A DNA stretch of 64,000 bases from Folioceros fuciformis (Eukaryota), in contig JBNGIO010005394.1 of NCBI GenBank assembly GCA_049999805.1, positions 42,576 to 106,575 on the forward strand. The letters are read 5' to 3'. Positions 37,902 to 50,400 of this stretch are shown in pieces (position 1 is the stretch's first letter; each line of letters opens with the position of its first letter). The translations under genes and the position numbers were made by a program. Under the pieces are notes generated by a model. It was given only the letters and a program-made list of their open reading frames with translations, searched no databases and had not been told where the DNA came from.

Positions 37902-38592
37902 GATATCGCCCTCTCGTATGGACTTTGAGTCTTGGATGTTCTTGTGGGACCTCTTGATTTTGTTCATAGATTTATGGATGTAGCGTTGGATGAAGATTTT
38001 GCTCATATTATGGAGTGCTCATAAATCGAACCCTTGCATTGTGTTTGATATGCTTTCTTCCACTTTTGTGCAGCGACTGGGTTACCTCATTAGAATTGTT
38101 GCGCTTTCTCCAATTTTCTTATCAAGTCTTAGGAAGTTCGACAATAAATTTATGTAGGCTTTTGAGAACATCATAGGTCGCAACACCTGTGAGTGTGCCA
38201 TTGGTGATTTGGCTTGGAAGCAAGCTTTCTTACTAGTTGCCTTTGGAGGGGTTAACATGGTCTGCACCTAATAGTCGGATTCTGCCATATCGGGCTTTTT
38301 GGATGAAATTATTGTGTAATTTTCATGGCACATATTAGTGATTCTATCAATTTTCTATGCAAAATGCGGAAATGAACTATAAAAAGTCAATGTCGTCCTT
38401 CCATGTATTCATGATGGCAATTAAAGACAGCAAAATTATGAGTGTGTTACAGCGAAAGTATATAAAACTATCCAAATGCATGGTGGGAGTGTTGTTCCCA
38501 TCCGCATAAGACTTGCCTTGATAAAATCGCAAATTTGTATTAGAGGTACAATGTCAATATTCTATGGTTCTTGATTTCAAATATTTTCTTCA

Positions 38593-38853
38593 AGAGTGTG
38601 CCAGTCTACTGGCGCACTTTGCACGGTCATCACAGTGCGCTAGTAGACTGGCGCACTCCGCACGGACATTAGAGTGGGCTGGCAGACCAACGAACGCCGC
38701 ACGGACATCAGAGTGCGCCGGTAAACCGACGCAGTCTGCACGATTATTAGAGTGCGCCAGTAGACCGGCGCAGTTTGGACGAACATCAAAGTGTATTGGT
38801 AGACCGGCTCACACCCCACGAATATCAGAGTGCGCCAGTTTACTTGCTCATTC
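38593..38853. repeat. 39-bp tandem array (7 units) with the same palindromic core
   Basis: gagtgcgccagtagaccggcgcact cores start at 38594, 38633, 38672, 38711, 38750, 38789 and 38828. Confidence 0.9.
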
Positions 38854-38914
38854 TCCCCTAGGCCTTTGCATTTAATGAGTATTTATATACTTTAACAGTA
38901 GCAAGAGATTGTAT

Positions 38915-38985
38915 GGACTTACGAGTTGGTACAGTGGTTGGTACTTAGCTTGAAATAGGGGAGGTCGTGGGTTTAAACTTGGCAT
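38915..38985 (+). other. Degenerate tRNA-like / SINE-head Pol III promoter
   Basis: A-box-like TGGTACAGTGG (38927-38937) and B-box-like GGTTTAAAC (38970-38978) at tRNA-like spacing. No clean cloverleaf. Confidence 0.3.
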
Positions 38986-39689
38986 CTACTTCTCAATATC
39001 AAAACCTTGATTTTTCTCTAGAAAACTTGGTTTATGAAAATAAACTTTAATTTCGATCAAGAAAACTTCATTCATATCTTCACTTAATTGAGTCAAAGTG
39101 TGCCGGTAGACTGACGCACTTAGACTCAAAAACTTTATTTTCAATCAAGAAAACTTCCTTATTGTACTCACTTAACTGCAGGAGTGCGTTGGTCTACTAG
39201 TGCACCCGAACTCGAAAACTTTTTTTCGGGCACACTCGAGCTGAAGGAGTGTGGCAGTAGACTGCGCACCCGGGCTATAGGAGTATCCTACTGTTGTCTT
39301 TTCTACATTGAGCTTTCTGTTTCCTTGTGTTATTGATGTAACGAACACTTGTATGGTTAACTACGAAAACTTGGAGACACTTCAAATGTGTCCCAGGTAG
39401 ATGATATGAAAGACCAGAGATTGAAGGATGTAAACATAGTCATTGATTCAGAGGCAAACCCTGAAGAACTTGTGTTTGTGTGAGAGGGCATTATGGGATG
39501 AGTGGATGTGTATAGTAGTTTTTACAAATGATGTCCTTATGTAGTTAAATGTTAAACACATTAAGTGTATTTCAAAAAATCATTGAATCAATAAATTACC
39601 ATATGTTTTACCATTATTGTTGAGTGAGTACGTCGGTCTATTGTGCATCTTCAAAGGTAACCAAGAAAATTATTATTTGAATAGACAAA

Positions 39690-42285
39690 TGTTAAGAAAT
39701 GGTAAGGCGAAAAAAAGAGCATGAAGCAAAAAAATGATAATCATTAAGTGAGGCTCAAAAGTCTTTTTTTTCAAAACAACAAGTGATGACGTTTCACTAA
39801 ACGCTATCCCCTAAAATAAACTAGGTTAAATAATAGCGAGTTAATGTTTATTCAACCTTTATTCCAAACACCCCCTCTTAAACTTGACGCGCTATTTGGA
39901 AATATTGAAAAGAAAAATAAGACCGCTAACGGGAGGATGACGTCGCGGCCATGCTGAGCCTCACAATTTTAAAAAAGAAACCGCGGGGTGAGGGAGAAGG
40001 GCATGGGGGCGCCGGGCGCGCACCAGCCACAGGTTGAGAGGATGAGCTTATTGGGTAAGCAAACCAATCAAATCGGGTGGCTTAAGAAAACGCAGCGCCC
40101 TGCGTCTGCCTCGCATCCCACCATAAGAACGCGAGCTGAGCATTTTTGTTAGCAATCGCGCACTTTGCGACGGGAGGAGAGAGCGCTAGCGGGAGGCATG
40201 CTCGCGAGGATGCAGCGCCTCCAGCCTGCGAGCCTTCCGGCCTAATTACAGCGGCCTGTCGCGCAGCGCCTAAGATTACTCGTGTGTTTGATTGGTAGGC
40301 TACAGCCTGAGGCTGTTGGGCGAGATGTCTAGCAAGCAAGCAGGCGATTAGGTAAGCCGCTAAACTTCATCCGCGTGCTGCTGCTGCTTTTCGGGCTGAA
40401 CTGAGATAGACTCTATGTGACAGGAGGAGGAGAAAGAACTCCAGCATCCAGGTGATTATAATGGCTTTGAGCTTCATCCACCTGTCTGGAATTATAGGGT
40501 GACCTATGCAGATGCTGACCCTCTCTTACTGTAAACATAGGGGTGTGGGAGATATGAGAAGGCTAGCAATTCTGAGGACTCAAGGCCCGCCCGTAAGTCC
40601 TTCTCATGCATCCTGTGACTGCTTAGGCCTGAAATATGGCTGATAATTAATAAGTCCCAAGCCTTCCATATGTTTCTGGTGTTTGTCCTTAGACAAGGCC
40701 TTTGTAAGGATGTCTGCTGTGTTATTATCTGTGGGTACATAGAAAAATTTTACTAACCCCCTCTCAGCGGCATTCCTTACATAGTGATGATGAACTTCAA
40801 TGTGTTTTGTCCGGGCGTGGAAGCAGGGATTGGCCACAAGTGCGATCGCAGATTGATTGTCACAGTATAGGTGAGTAGGGCCAGTTTGTGTCTGTCCTAG
40901 ATCATGTAAGAAAGATCGCTCCCATTCCACCTCTTTAGTTGCATCCGTTAATGACTTATATTCAGCTTCGGTGCTCAACAGGGCAATACTGGTCTGTTTT
41001 TTACAACTCCAGTTCACAATGGCTTGAGCAAGAAGAAAAGCATATGTGGAGAGGATTTTGCGGGAGTCACTGTCCGAAGCCCAGTCGGCATCAGTGAAGC
41101 CCTCAAGCACAAGGTGAGAGTGTCCAATTGATTGAGCACGGACAACAGGCGAAAACGTTTCTTGGTAGTCCAAACCTTCTACTTGGGTAAACCCCCTTGC
41201 ACGTAACCTAGCTTTATATCGAGCTATATGCCCATCTGCATTTAACTTATGCTTAAACACCCACTTACAGGTAATTGCTTTCCTATTAGCAGGTCGGGGA
41301 ACAAGTCGCCATGTGCCGTTTTTTATCAAGCTATTATACTCGTCGTCTACAGCAAACTGCCACTTGTCCCTGTCTGGTCCAGTGAGGGCCTCTGAAAGAG
41401 TGGTTGGCTCTAGAGGTATATTTGGAGCGGAAGAAATTGCTGAAGCTATATGTCGTCTGAAATCAATGCTGGCATATGGAGGTTCCATTCAGAGGGTGCA
41501 GGTTTATGCCTTGAGGAGCGACGTGGGCCAGCATCCTCGGCAGCTTGCTGAGCTGGTACATTTATAGGTTGGGATTGAGATGGCTGAGCATCTTCACCAG
41601 GTAGGTTACCAATCACTGGAGCATTAGAATTGTCAATATCATCTAACACATCTGTTGGATTTTCTGCATTCTCGAAATGATCCGAATCTAACCCATTCAA
41701 GTATGCTGCAGAAGGGTGTTGATCATCAACAGCAAGATCTGGATTAATTAGAGCTGGTCATGGATGGTCTGTAGACAAGTTAGGGATGATACCATCAGCG
41801 TCCAAAGGATATAGAGATAAAAGACCAGGTGTGTCCTCAGTAGGCTGCTCAAAGGGATCATCATTAGACTCATCTCTCAATGGAGCAGGCTGTAAGGATT
41901 CAACAAAGGTAACACTTCTTGCTAGAACAGGTTGCTTGGATAATGGGTCAAAGAGCTTATATGCCTTAACAGTTTCACTATAACCCACAAATATGAGGCG
42001 CTGTGAGCTATTATCAAGTTTTCTTCGTTTTTCTGCAGGTATTAAAGCATAAGCCTTTGAGCCAAAGATCCTCAGATGGAGAAGGCTAGGCTTTCGTTTC
42101 CAGAACAGCTCGAAAGGTGTTGTCTTGGAGAAAAGAGAGGTAGTCGACAACCTATTAAGTATATAAGTTGAGGTAACAACTGCTTCTCCCCAGTAAGGGG
42201 ATGGGAGACCTGACCACAACAACATAGCTCGAGTCATGCTCATTAAAGTCTGGTTTTTCCTTTCAGCAACACCAAAATGTACCAA
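39690..42285 (-). mobile_element. 5'-truncated Ty1/Copia element F with RT core deleted in frame
   Basis: INT C-part 41758-42285. ORF 40604-41488 fuses the RT N-terminus (ETFSPVV) to RNase H (FTDADWA). PPT at 39871; LTR 39690-39870 (TG...CA). Confidence 0.85.
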
Positions 42286-44411
42286 ACAGGCTTTGTAGAA
42301 TACGACCGTTTAGCGTAGACCATGTTGGTTGGCCTTTTGGCCATGGAGGCTTTGGTAGCTAGGTCTTCTCGCCTCCAATTTTGGCCTCTCGTTTTTTGCT
42401 CCAAGATCTCCTCTTCTTGAAGATTTTATCTTAGGCGTAGAGGAGGACGTTTTCTCTTTTAAAGATATCTCTTAGACGAGCGAGAGACTCTTTAACTTTG
42501 GAGGCTCATAAGGCTCTACCTCCTTTCACCTCCTGTTTTAGGGAAAGGTTAAGGATGCTTTTCCAGAAGGCATGCCTCCCTTCTGGAAAAGCAATATGGC
42601 CAAAGCACTAGGAGCCCTTTTTTCAGACTCATCCATCCCTAGGTCTTCTTTGGCTCATATTCGCTCTTGTTCAAGTAAAGGAGCGGGTTTTTAGCTTTTG
42701 GCTTAACCTTGCACCATCAACTTTTGCCACCATAATGAGATTTCACTTAGGTTTGGCCCACTGCTTAGCTTTTTCTCTCTCTACATGTAGTTGTGGGGTT
42801 GCCATTGTCGATAAAGGGTCCCATCTAGCATGTTGTCTTGTCGGAGGGCACCACATTGCCACCCATGATGTAGTTTAAGATGTCATCTTCTCAATGACTA
42901 GGGAGTGTGGGTTTCTTTCGATAGGGAACATTCATATACTTTGTGCAATAGGGTTTCCCTTAGAGGTGACTTTTTTTCTATTAGGGGGAATAAGGTTTGT
43001 GTCGCTTATGTGGTTGTTACGAATCCCAGTAGGGATTCGATGATTTGCGAGCATGTCGTCATCAACCCCCCTAGATGGGTGGCATAGGGTTGTGCAAGTG
43101 CCAAAGTCCATAAGTATTCTCCTTTGCAAGACGAACATATTTTCATCCCCCTTGCTCTTGACACTCATGGGGATATGGGCAAGGATTTTTGTAAGGTTCA
43201 TTAAGGAGTGTGCCAAGATTTATCAGAGTCATAGGAATGGTGTTCTCCTTCTTTCCTCAATGGTGGCCGTCTTTTGACAACGCATATTCATTGCTTTGCA
43301 AAGAGCATTGACCAACGTGGTTTTTAGAACAACAACAAGCGTAGGTCAAGCAACTTCTTCGGCATCAGTGGTAGGTAGGCCTTTTGTTATTCCACATTAT
43401 GACATTTTGGGAGCATTAGGTAGTTTTTGAGAATGATGTTTGAAAGGGTTAGTACAATTTTGGCCTTTGGCCCTGCTTGCGTTGTTCCTCTAATCTATAG
43501 AGTAAATGATCTTTCCATCTCTTTTTCGATCATAGAAAATAATTCCTAGTTACATAGAAGTAACACTTTATGGTGCAATGTTTATGGAACATAGAAGTTC
43601 TTTAAACTTGACTGCATTAAGGTCTTTTGCCACACTCCATGTAGGTGTAAGGTGATAAGGCGATCCACCTTCTATGCACTAGTTTTATGTTGGTGGGTTT
43701 ATTTTCTTGCTTACTAAAAATTATTCATGTGTTATATATTCATATAATTATATATATAATAATTATAAAATATTTTTAATACATTGACTCATTTATTATG
43801 AAAAATATATGTCTCAAATATTAATATTGGGACGGAGCAAAAATCATATTATGGGTAAAGATGGTATGAGCCTATGTGATCGTTCGTACGTATGCAATGA
43901 AGGGTGTTTGTCAAATAGTTTTGTAATAGACCTTAGACACGAAATTTACTGTAATGAAATCTTCGGCTTGGTGGTGGTAAGGTTTTGGTAAGCATATGCG
44001 AGCGAGAGAAACCCAAGGAGAGAAAATGCAAGGTCGTGGGAATCGGATGCTGGAGCGAACTGCCCTGCCCTTGGTGAGCTAAGCTACGTCGTGGCCGTGC
44101 CTTGTGTGCTAATATTTAGCTGCGCGGAGACCAAGGAGGAGGGAGCTGATTGCAATAGAGAAGACCATGTGGTACGGGCAGAACACAAGGTGGCGTAATT
44201 TTGGTCCACCCTCCAATATCCTCCAGTCGCAAACGCTCGTATGTAGAAGAGAACCAAACAAGCATGGACTAAGTAGCCCGTGGGGCTTAACCGAGACGAG
44301 ACTGGCTTGAAGGCAGGCAGGCAGAAGGTGGATTGTGTCGGACACGAGGACCACCGTTCCCTCCCGGTGCGTGGCGCGCAGCTAGGGTTTGTCCATGCTG
44401 AGCGGGGTTCC

Positions 44412-47400
44412 ATGGGCGCAGGAGCCGGTGCTGCAGCCCCCGTAGACCACGACATTTCTCCTCGCCTGGCTGCCATCGAAAAAGCTCAAGCGGAGCTGAG
44501 GTTTGCCCCTTCCCTTTCTCGCCTCCGTAAACCCTCATATCATGCTTCAGTGATGCCTTTGTTTCACCCCATGGTCAGCTGGTAGTACCCATCCAGTTCC
44601 GTGTGTCCGTCACTGCTCTGAATTGCATTCAAGTCGTCCCAGGTCGCACTTGCTACTTCTGCATAGTGTGCCAATCTGCTATGCCAAGGCCTGTTCCTGG
44701 ACTGCTTTTTATTCACTGCTGTGCTCTCTTGCTGCTCAGGCTGGAAGTAGCTGTTCGAGAGGAGCGCAGGAGGGAGCTGGAATTTTTGGAAAAGGTAACG
44801 CTTCCATCTTTGTCACGGTCCACAACTGTATCGTGTGCTGTCAGCAATTTATCCCTTCTCAGCCCAGCTTAACTGTATGGCAACATGTTTTTCTCCCAAT
44901 TCACCTCTTATCGCTAAAATCATCTCCTTTCCCATCCGTTAAAGCGTGCTCTCGCATTAGCTCCCAGCAAGTGCAACACATGTTAGTTCTTTGGCTGTCA
45001 TTACCCTTTCTGTGGTGTAGCTCGTCACCTCTTCTCCTGTTCCTACCTTGAGTTTTTATACCTCAGTCATTACCAGCTTGTGCTTCAAATTTTAATGCCT
45101 TGAAATTTTCATGCCCATTCTTGCTTTGCAGGGTGGGAACCCCTTGGATTTTCAGGTCGGAGAGATCATAAACCCATCTCGATCATCAACAGATCCACTG
45201 GCTGACCAGTTGCTGCCAATGTCTCGAATCTTCCCCCTTTATGACTTTCTTTGTTTCTTGAGAACGATTTGCTTGTTTTCCCCTGCAGGAGTTTAACGCT
45301 TTCTGTTTGTGTGTCAAACTTACACATGATTGGTCAATCGTGGCCTGTGTTTTTGTCAATCGAAGCTTTGTGGTTAACAAAGAGTCTTATGCTCAGGCCG
45401 AAATTTGTTGTCCTGACCAAACATCTGTGGGTTGCAGTGGGACCAAGTCTAGTTCTGTTGAGAATTGCCTGCAGTCTGGAGAAGTTTCGCTGCCATCCAG
45501 CTGTGAGGCTGCTGTAACATATGCTGGGGAGCCCGGGCAGAAGGAATGTCGATGGTCGCTTTCCAAGGCTCCTCCCTGTGAGAGCTCTAGCCTGCAGTGG
45601 AATGCCAAGGGAGGTTCTCCATCAAATGGCCCGCGCAGTGAGGCAGAAACTGAAATTGAACTTGGGCCAGTGAAAGTGAGGGAGGCTGCTGGAGGAGGGT
45701 GGACAAGTACAAGTCAGTCGTACATGCGACGAAACAGGCCTAGATTGAAGTTGGAGGGTCCTAGTGATGTGGTAACTGAGGTGGAGTCTGAGGATGGAGC
45801 TGGAAAGAATGGGTCGCAAGGAATGTCCACTCGCCCAGTGAGTTCTGCAGATGCTGTTCTCCAGAAGTCTGTGCTGGTGGATGATACGTCTCAGCTTCAA
45901 CTCACTTCTTCCGTGGATGCTAATTGTGGGCTTACTGACAGTCACATAATAGACACGCAGCGATGTAGTCCAATGAATGCCAGCCTTTCATGTAATCAGG
46001 TTGACGAACCCCTGGCTCTGACAGATGAAAATAGGGGTTGGGAACACCAGCCTGAATCTACTCCTCTTGACAATCGCGAAGACAATGGCCAGACTCATGT
46101 GGCACCTCCGTTGGAGGTTGTGGCGGGCGCAGACAGCAACGAATCAACGAAGTTCCTTTCTGAAGGGAATGTGCCTGTGGCATCGGGTCATGATGCACCT
46201 TGTGGCTATGTAACTGTTGGGAGCAGTGTGTGCTCTATTGTGGATGAAAATGGCTGTTGTACAGTGGGAAGGGTTCAAAGAGAACTGTGTAAGGCAGAGG
46301 CGGCACCTCCTGCACTGGAGGTGTTGGATCTTGATGAAAAGGGACTTCAGAATGTGGCACCTGGGACTGTGGTGGTGGCAAATGCTGCAGATGATACTGT
46401 GCCAGACAAGCAAGTTCTCCAGCCAAAGCTTGAGAATTATGTGTCTTGCAACTCAGACGTGCCAGATTTTGAACGTGATGGGTTTAGACTTCAAGAGGAT
46501 AATTGTTCTCAATCAGTTGCAATATCGGCCAATGAATTCAAGTTTCGAGAACAGCCTGCTATCATATCAGGAGCCCTGGTTGGTCTCAGTAGGTCGACTG
46601 TGAGAGCAGCAAATGTTGCAACTAGGTTCCCTGGAGTTGTTCTTCCATGGGAGAAAGAGAAAGACCCTGTCATGATTGCGGAAGCTGAGAAACGGAAAGC
46701 CACTATTTCAGCCGCAGCAAAGAAGGCTCAAGAGGATTGCATTCTTGAAGAAGCAGAGACTATCATGGTCTGCTGCTGGGCTCTTATACTTTGCCGTTTA
46801 TTTGCCTAGACTTTCGCGTGAATGGTTCACTGTGGCTCATGATGTTTTAAAATATGAATGTAGGCTTCAAGATCACAAGTTGCCAAGCTGGATCGGAGAA
46901 AGCCGATTCATGAACCAGTGAGAAGGACATCTCACTGGGATTATGTGTTACAGGAGATGACATGGATGGCAAATGATTTTATGCAGGTTTGGACCCCATC
47001 CTTCATTGAAGTTGTGTGAGGTGCTAGCTGCTTCTTGGCCTCACATTGCACCCTGCCTTCATTCGATGCAGGAGCGGTCATGGAAGACTGCATCAGCTGC
47101 TCAGCTGGCTAAATGTGCTGCCATGGCACATCCAGGATTCACTGCGGCTGAGAAAGATCTGATTAAAATGCAGCGGCTTGTAGCTCACACATTGTCAGAT
47201 GCGGTGGTTAGGTTCTGGCAAACAGTCAGTGACTGCCTCAAGAAAAGCAATTATGATATCAAAGCAGGGGAAACAGGCAACCTCAGTGACGGATCTGTTC
47301 CCATGGAAGTGGACATGCCTGTTGAGGAAGAGGTATGTCCTTTCTTGCAAGGTATGGTGGGGCTGTGCTTATTTCAACTGATGGACCTCAACTGTTGAGT

Positions 47401-50400
47401 TTCTCTCAGAGGTCCATTTTTCATAGTACTGAAAGGTGGTTTTGTGCTTATCAACCTGTAAAGGAGCTTGGTGGTCGAAGAGACGTTCTTATTAGAAAAT
47501 ACTGCATTCGACGGTTGGAAGATTCCACAGCTACACAAGCTGAAGCCCCCTCTACCCCTGAGTGTACATTAGAAGTGAGTCTTTCCGGTTCATTCTGGAA
47601 ATATTTGTCTCAGTGATGTGCCATATTCTGTATTCTCTTCCTTCCCCTCATGTGTATACTAGCTAGCATGAAGGACTTCCTTGATTAGAGCCTCTGGGTG
47701 TTAATTTCCGTAGTGGCGATATTGTCATAACTTACAAGTGGAACCGTGTCATTAACAGCAGCCACTCACTTACACACGATCAGAAGGTGCTTTTGAGATG
47801 TATCAAGCATCTGTAGCTATGCTTTGGGCACCGGTTGAAGCTGTAAGTTTGCCTTCTGAAATTTCATGTCTTTTGGTGACTGATGTGGGCATACTGATGC
47901 AGACTTTTGCTAATTCTTTCATTGACTCTTAGCAGGATCATGAACAAGTAAGGCATGAGTTGCATGCCATTGCAGAGGCTGGTGTAGACGCGCAAGCAGT
48001 TGGTGAGGACTTTGCAACCTCAGATCTGACACCGGAAGCAGGTGGCCTGATGCACGTGTCATCTCCAAGAAGAGCTTCCAGTGATGAAGAAGTTCATTCT
48101 CATAGTATGCCAGGTGATCTGGTTGGTTTAGGTGCTGCCAGTATAATCGCAAAGAAAAAGAGGAAGAAGATACAGAAATCTATGCCAACAAAGGTCTCAG
48201 AAAGCATATCAGGGGCCTCTCTTGAACAAACAAGCGGAAAAGCTGCACACAGTGACTACAGCTTTGGATCTTCTGTTGCAACCGGGAAGCGATTGTCACC
48301 AGGAGGTGCGCCTTCCAGTACAGTCAGTGTAGGAACAATCCCAATAAAGCGACTACGAACTTCTGCAGTAGCTGCTCGACAACGAGCTGCTGGAATTAGT
48401 GGCACAGGGTTTTCTGTTGGCTCAGGTGGTTTACTATCTAGAGCTCGTTTGGCAACTGGATCAAATCATGCACTGCACCAGCAAGGCCTGCTGGCAGCTC
48501 CACCTACTGTTCAAGGAAACACGCCAATCAGTACTGGAACTGGTCAGAAGGTGGTTCAGAGTGCTAGGAACAATCTTTTTCTTTCCAAATCCAAGAAGAG
48601 GAAAAAAGCGAAACACTTAAGTGGAGCAATCTGCAAGGGAGCTGGAGATGGGGGAGCTGTTGGAAATGTGAACTCGTCTGTGAAGGTAATTAGAAGTCCC
48701 TGTCAGGTGCTTGTCCTATGCCATTTATCTGATAGCAGGCGAACGTCTTTGCTTTTTAATTTTAGTTTTATGACAAATCTGTGAAGAACAACTACACTTT
48801 GCAGAGGGAGCATTTGAAGCGCAAGGGAGACCACGCACTGTCCCTCAGTCCAAGTGTTCGGTCTTCTGAACCAAGCATCGAAGGTTTTGGTATGGCAAAC
48901 GGCTTGATGGATTCCATTACATGTACTTAGGTGTTTGCAGCCGTGGTAGACAAATGCATCAAAGGGTTGTGCATGTCTTGATGGATATCGTCATGCACAG
49001 CACAGGTAATGCATAACGAGGGTCTGCAGCCTAATGGTTGCTGTTCCCATTGTGAAAACAGATTTGAGATTCACATTTTGTTTATGTGTGCCAGATACAC
49101 CTAGTACACCAGGAGGTGTCAACAAGAAGCTGAAAATTGTGAAGCAAACCCCTGATAGCTCTACTGTATCGGCATCAGGTGGTTTCACAGCTCCACAAGC
49201 CGCTCCACAGCTGTCTACTGCTTCGTGCAAGCTTGTAAGACAGAGCTGCAGCCGTGACCGTAGTAACAGAAAGGCCAAACCAGGGAAGGTGAGCTCTTTT
49301 AGAAGCTGAAGAAAGTTAGACTGCAGCTTGGATTTAAAGTGATCACTGTCCTTGTTGTCGTTCTGGCAGGTTACTTCGAGTCAACCTGGTTCAGGAATTC
49401 CGTGGTCTGTGGGAGAGGATCAGGTTCTGTGACTTCCCACAAAAAAGTTTGGTTGTATGAGGACAGTCGACCAGGTAGTTGATAAGCAGAAGCTGATTCC
49501 CCTGTTTCACGTAACAGACAATACTTCATGTGGTGCAAAGCCTTGGCACCAACTGGGAGCTAGTTAGCGACGTTCTTCAGTTCAACTCACAACTCAAGGT
49601 AGAGTCCAATTGGAGGGTCTTACTTTCTGTCAGAACTTTTTGTCATGCGTGAAGTGTACATGAGATGTGTGTTGTGGGACAGGAAGTATTACTTATGGTG
49701 TTGCTATGTTGCTACGCAGGGCATCTTTCGCAAGCCAAAGCATTGCAGAGAGCGGCACAAATGTTTGGTAGAACATGCATCAGGGGAAGGTGGAGAAAGT
49801 CCTGAGGACTTGAGCGTCCAGCAGCAACTTTCAGCAGGACAAGGAGCATCGAAGGTATCGTCCTCTAGGATTTGCCAGTGCCTTTTTTTGACAAGGCAAC
49901 AGGCAATTTGTCGTTATTTTGGTACAGGTGTACACGATGGTCCCATTGGTGTGTTACAAGGAACCTGGACCAGACTGTGAGCAAGGAGCCTAAAGTGATT
50001 CTGGCTGTTTGCCTCACAGGGGCTTTTGGAAGATATTGGAAAACCACATTTCGAGCAAATTGTGCACCTAGTGGAGAAACACCGGTTGTACAAGGCTCAG
50101 GTACTTGACTTTGGAAACCTGGAATCAATTAAAACATATGGCAAACTGTGGTCATTCACGTTCAGAGTATGTGATGGTTATTCTGCCCTAATAGTTTTGA
50201 GCTCTATGTTTGGGCCACTGTTGCAGAATGCTACTCAAGGGCAAAAGCAATTTGTTCAAATTCATCCCTCCCACGCGAGTATTATGGCCCAATACTGTGG
50301 AATCACAGGAATCCCTTCCACGTAAGGAGTGAAACTTGGTAGAGATTGTGCGGGTTTAGGGTTACTGAGTGAGTAGGTTGTTGGGTAATCTTCACTACCT

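Larger units (their letters stand above)
32101..38270 (+). pseudogene. Decayed CRE-like non-LTR retrotransposon RT, split by Copia insertion 32645-37901
   Basis: HQFGIATPGGCE (32101), LQVDIGNDFNIVS, PFVRSFYG, TRQRDMLRGAL (cf. RQGDPLG) and ADDTHILG. After the insertion: GL*VLDVLVG and KQAFLLVAFGG (cf. QA.LP...GG). Confidence 0.7.

Noticed and set aside
31318-38853. CRISPR-like appearance of the palindromic 33- and 39-bp arrays
   Set aside because: The spacers are short and repeat each other, there are no cas genes, and the context is eukaryotic.
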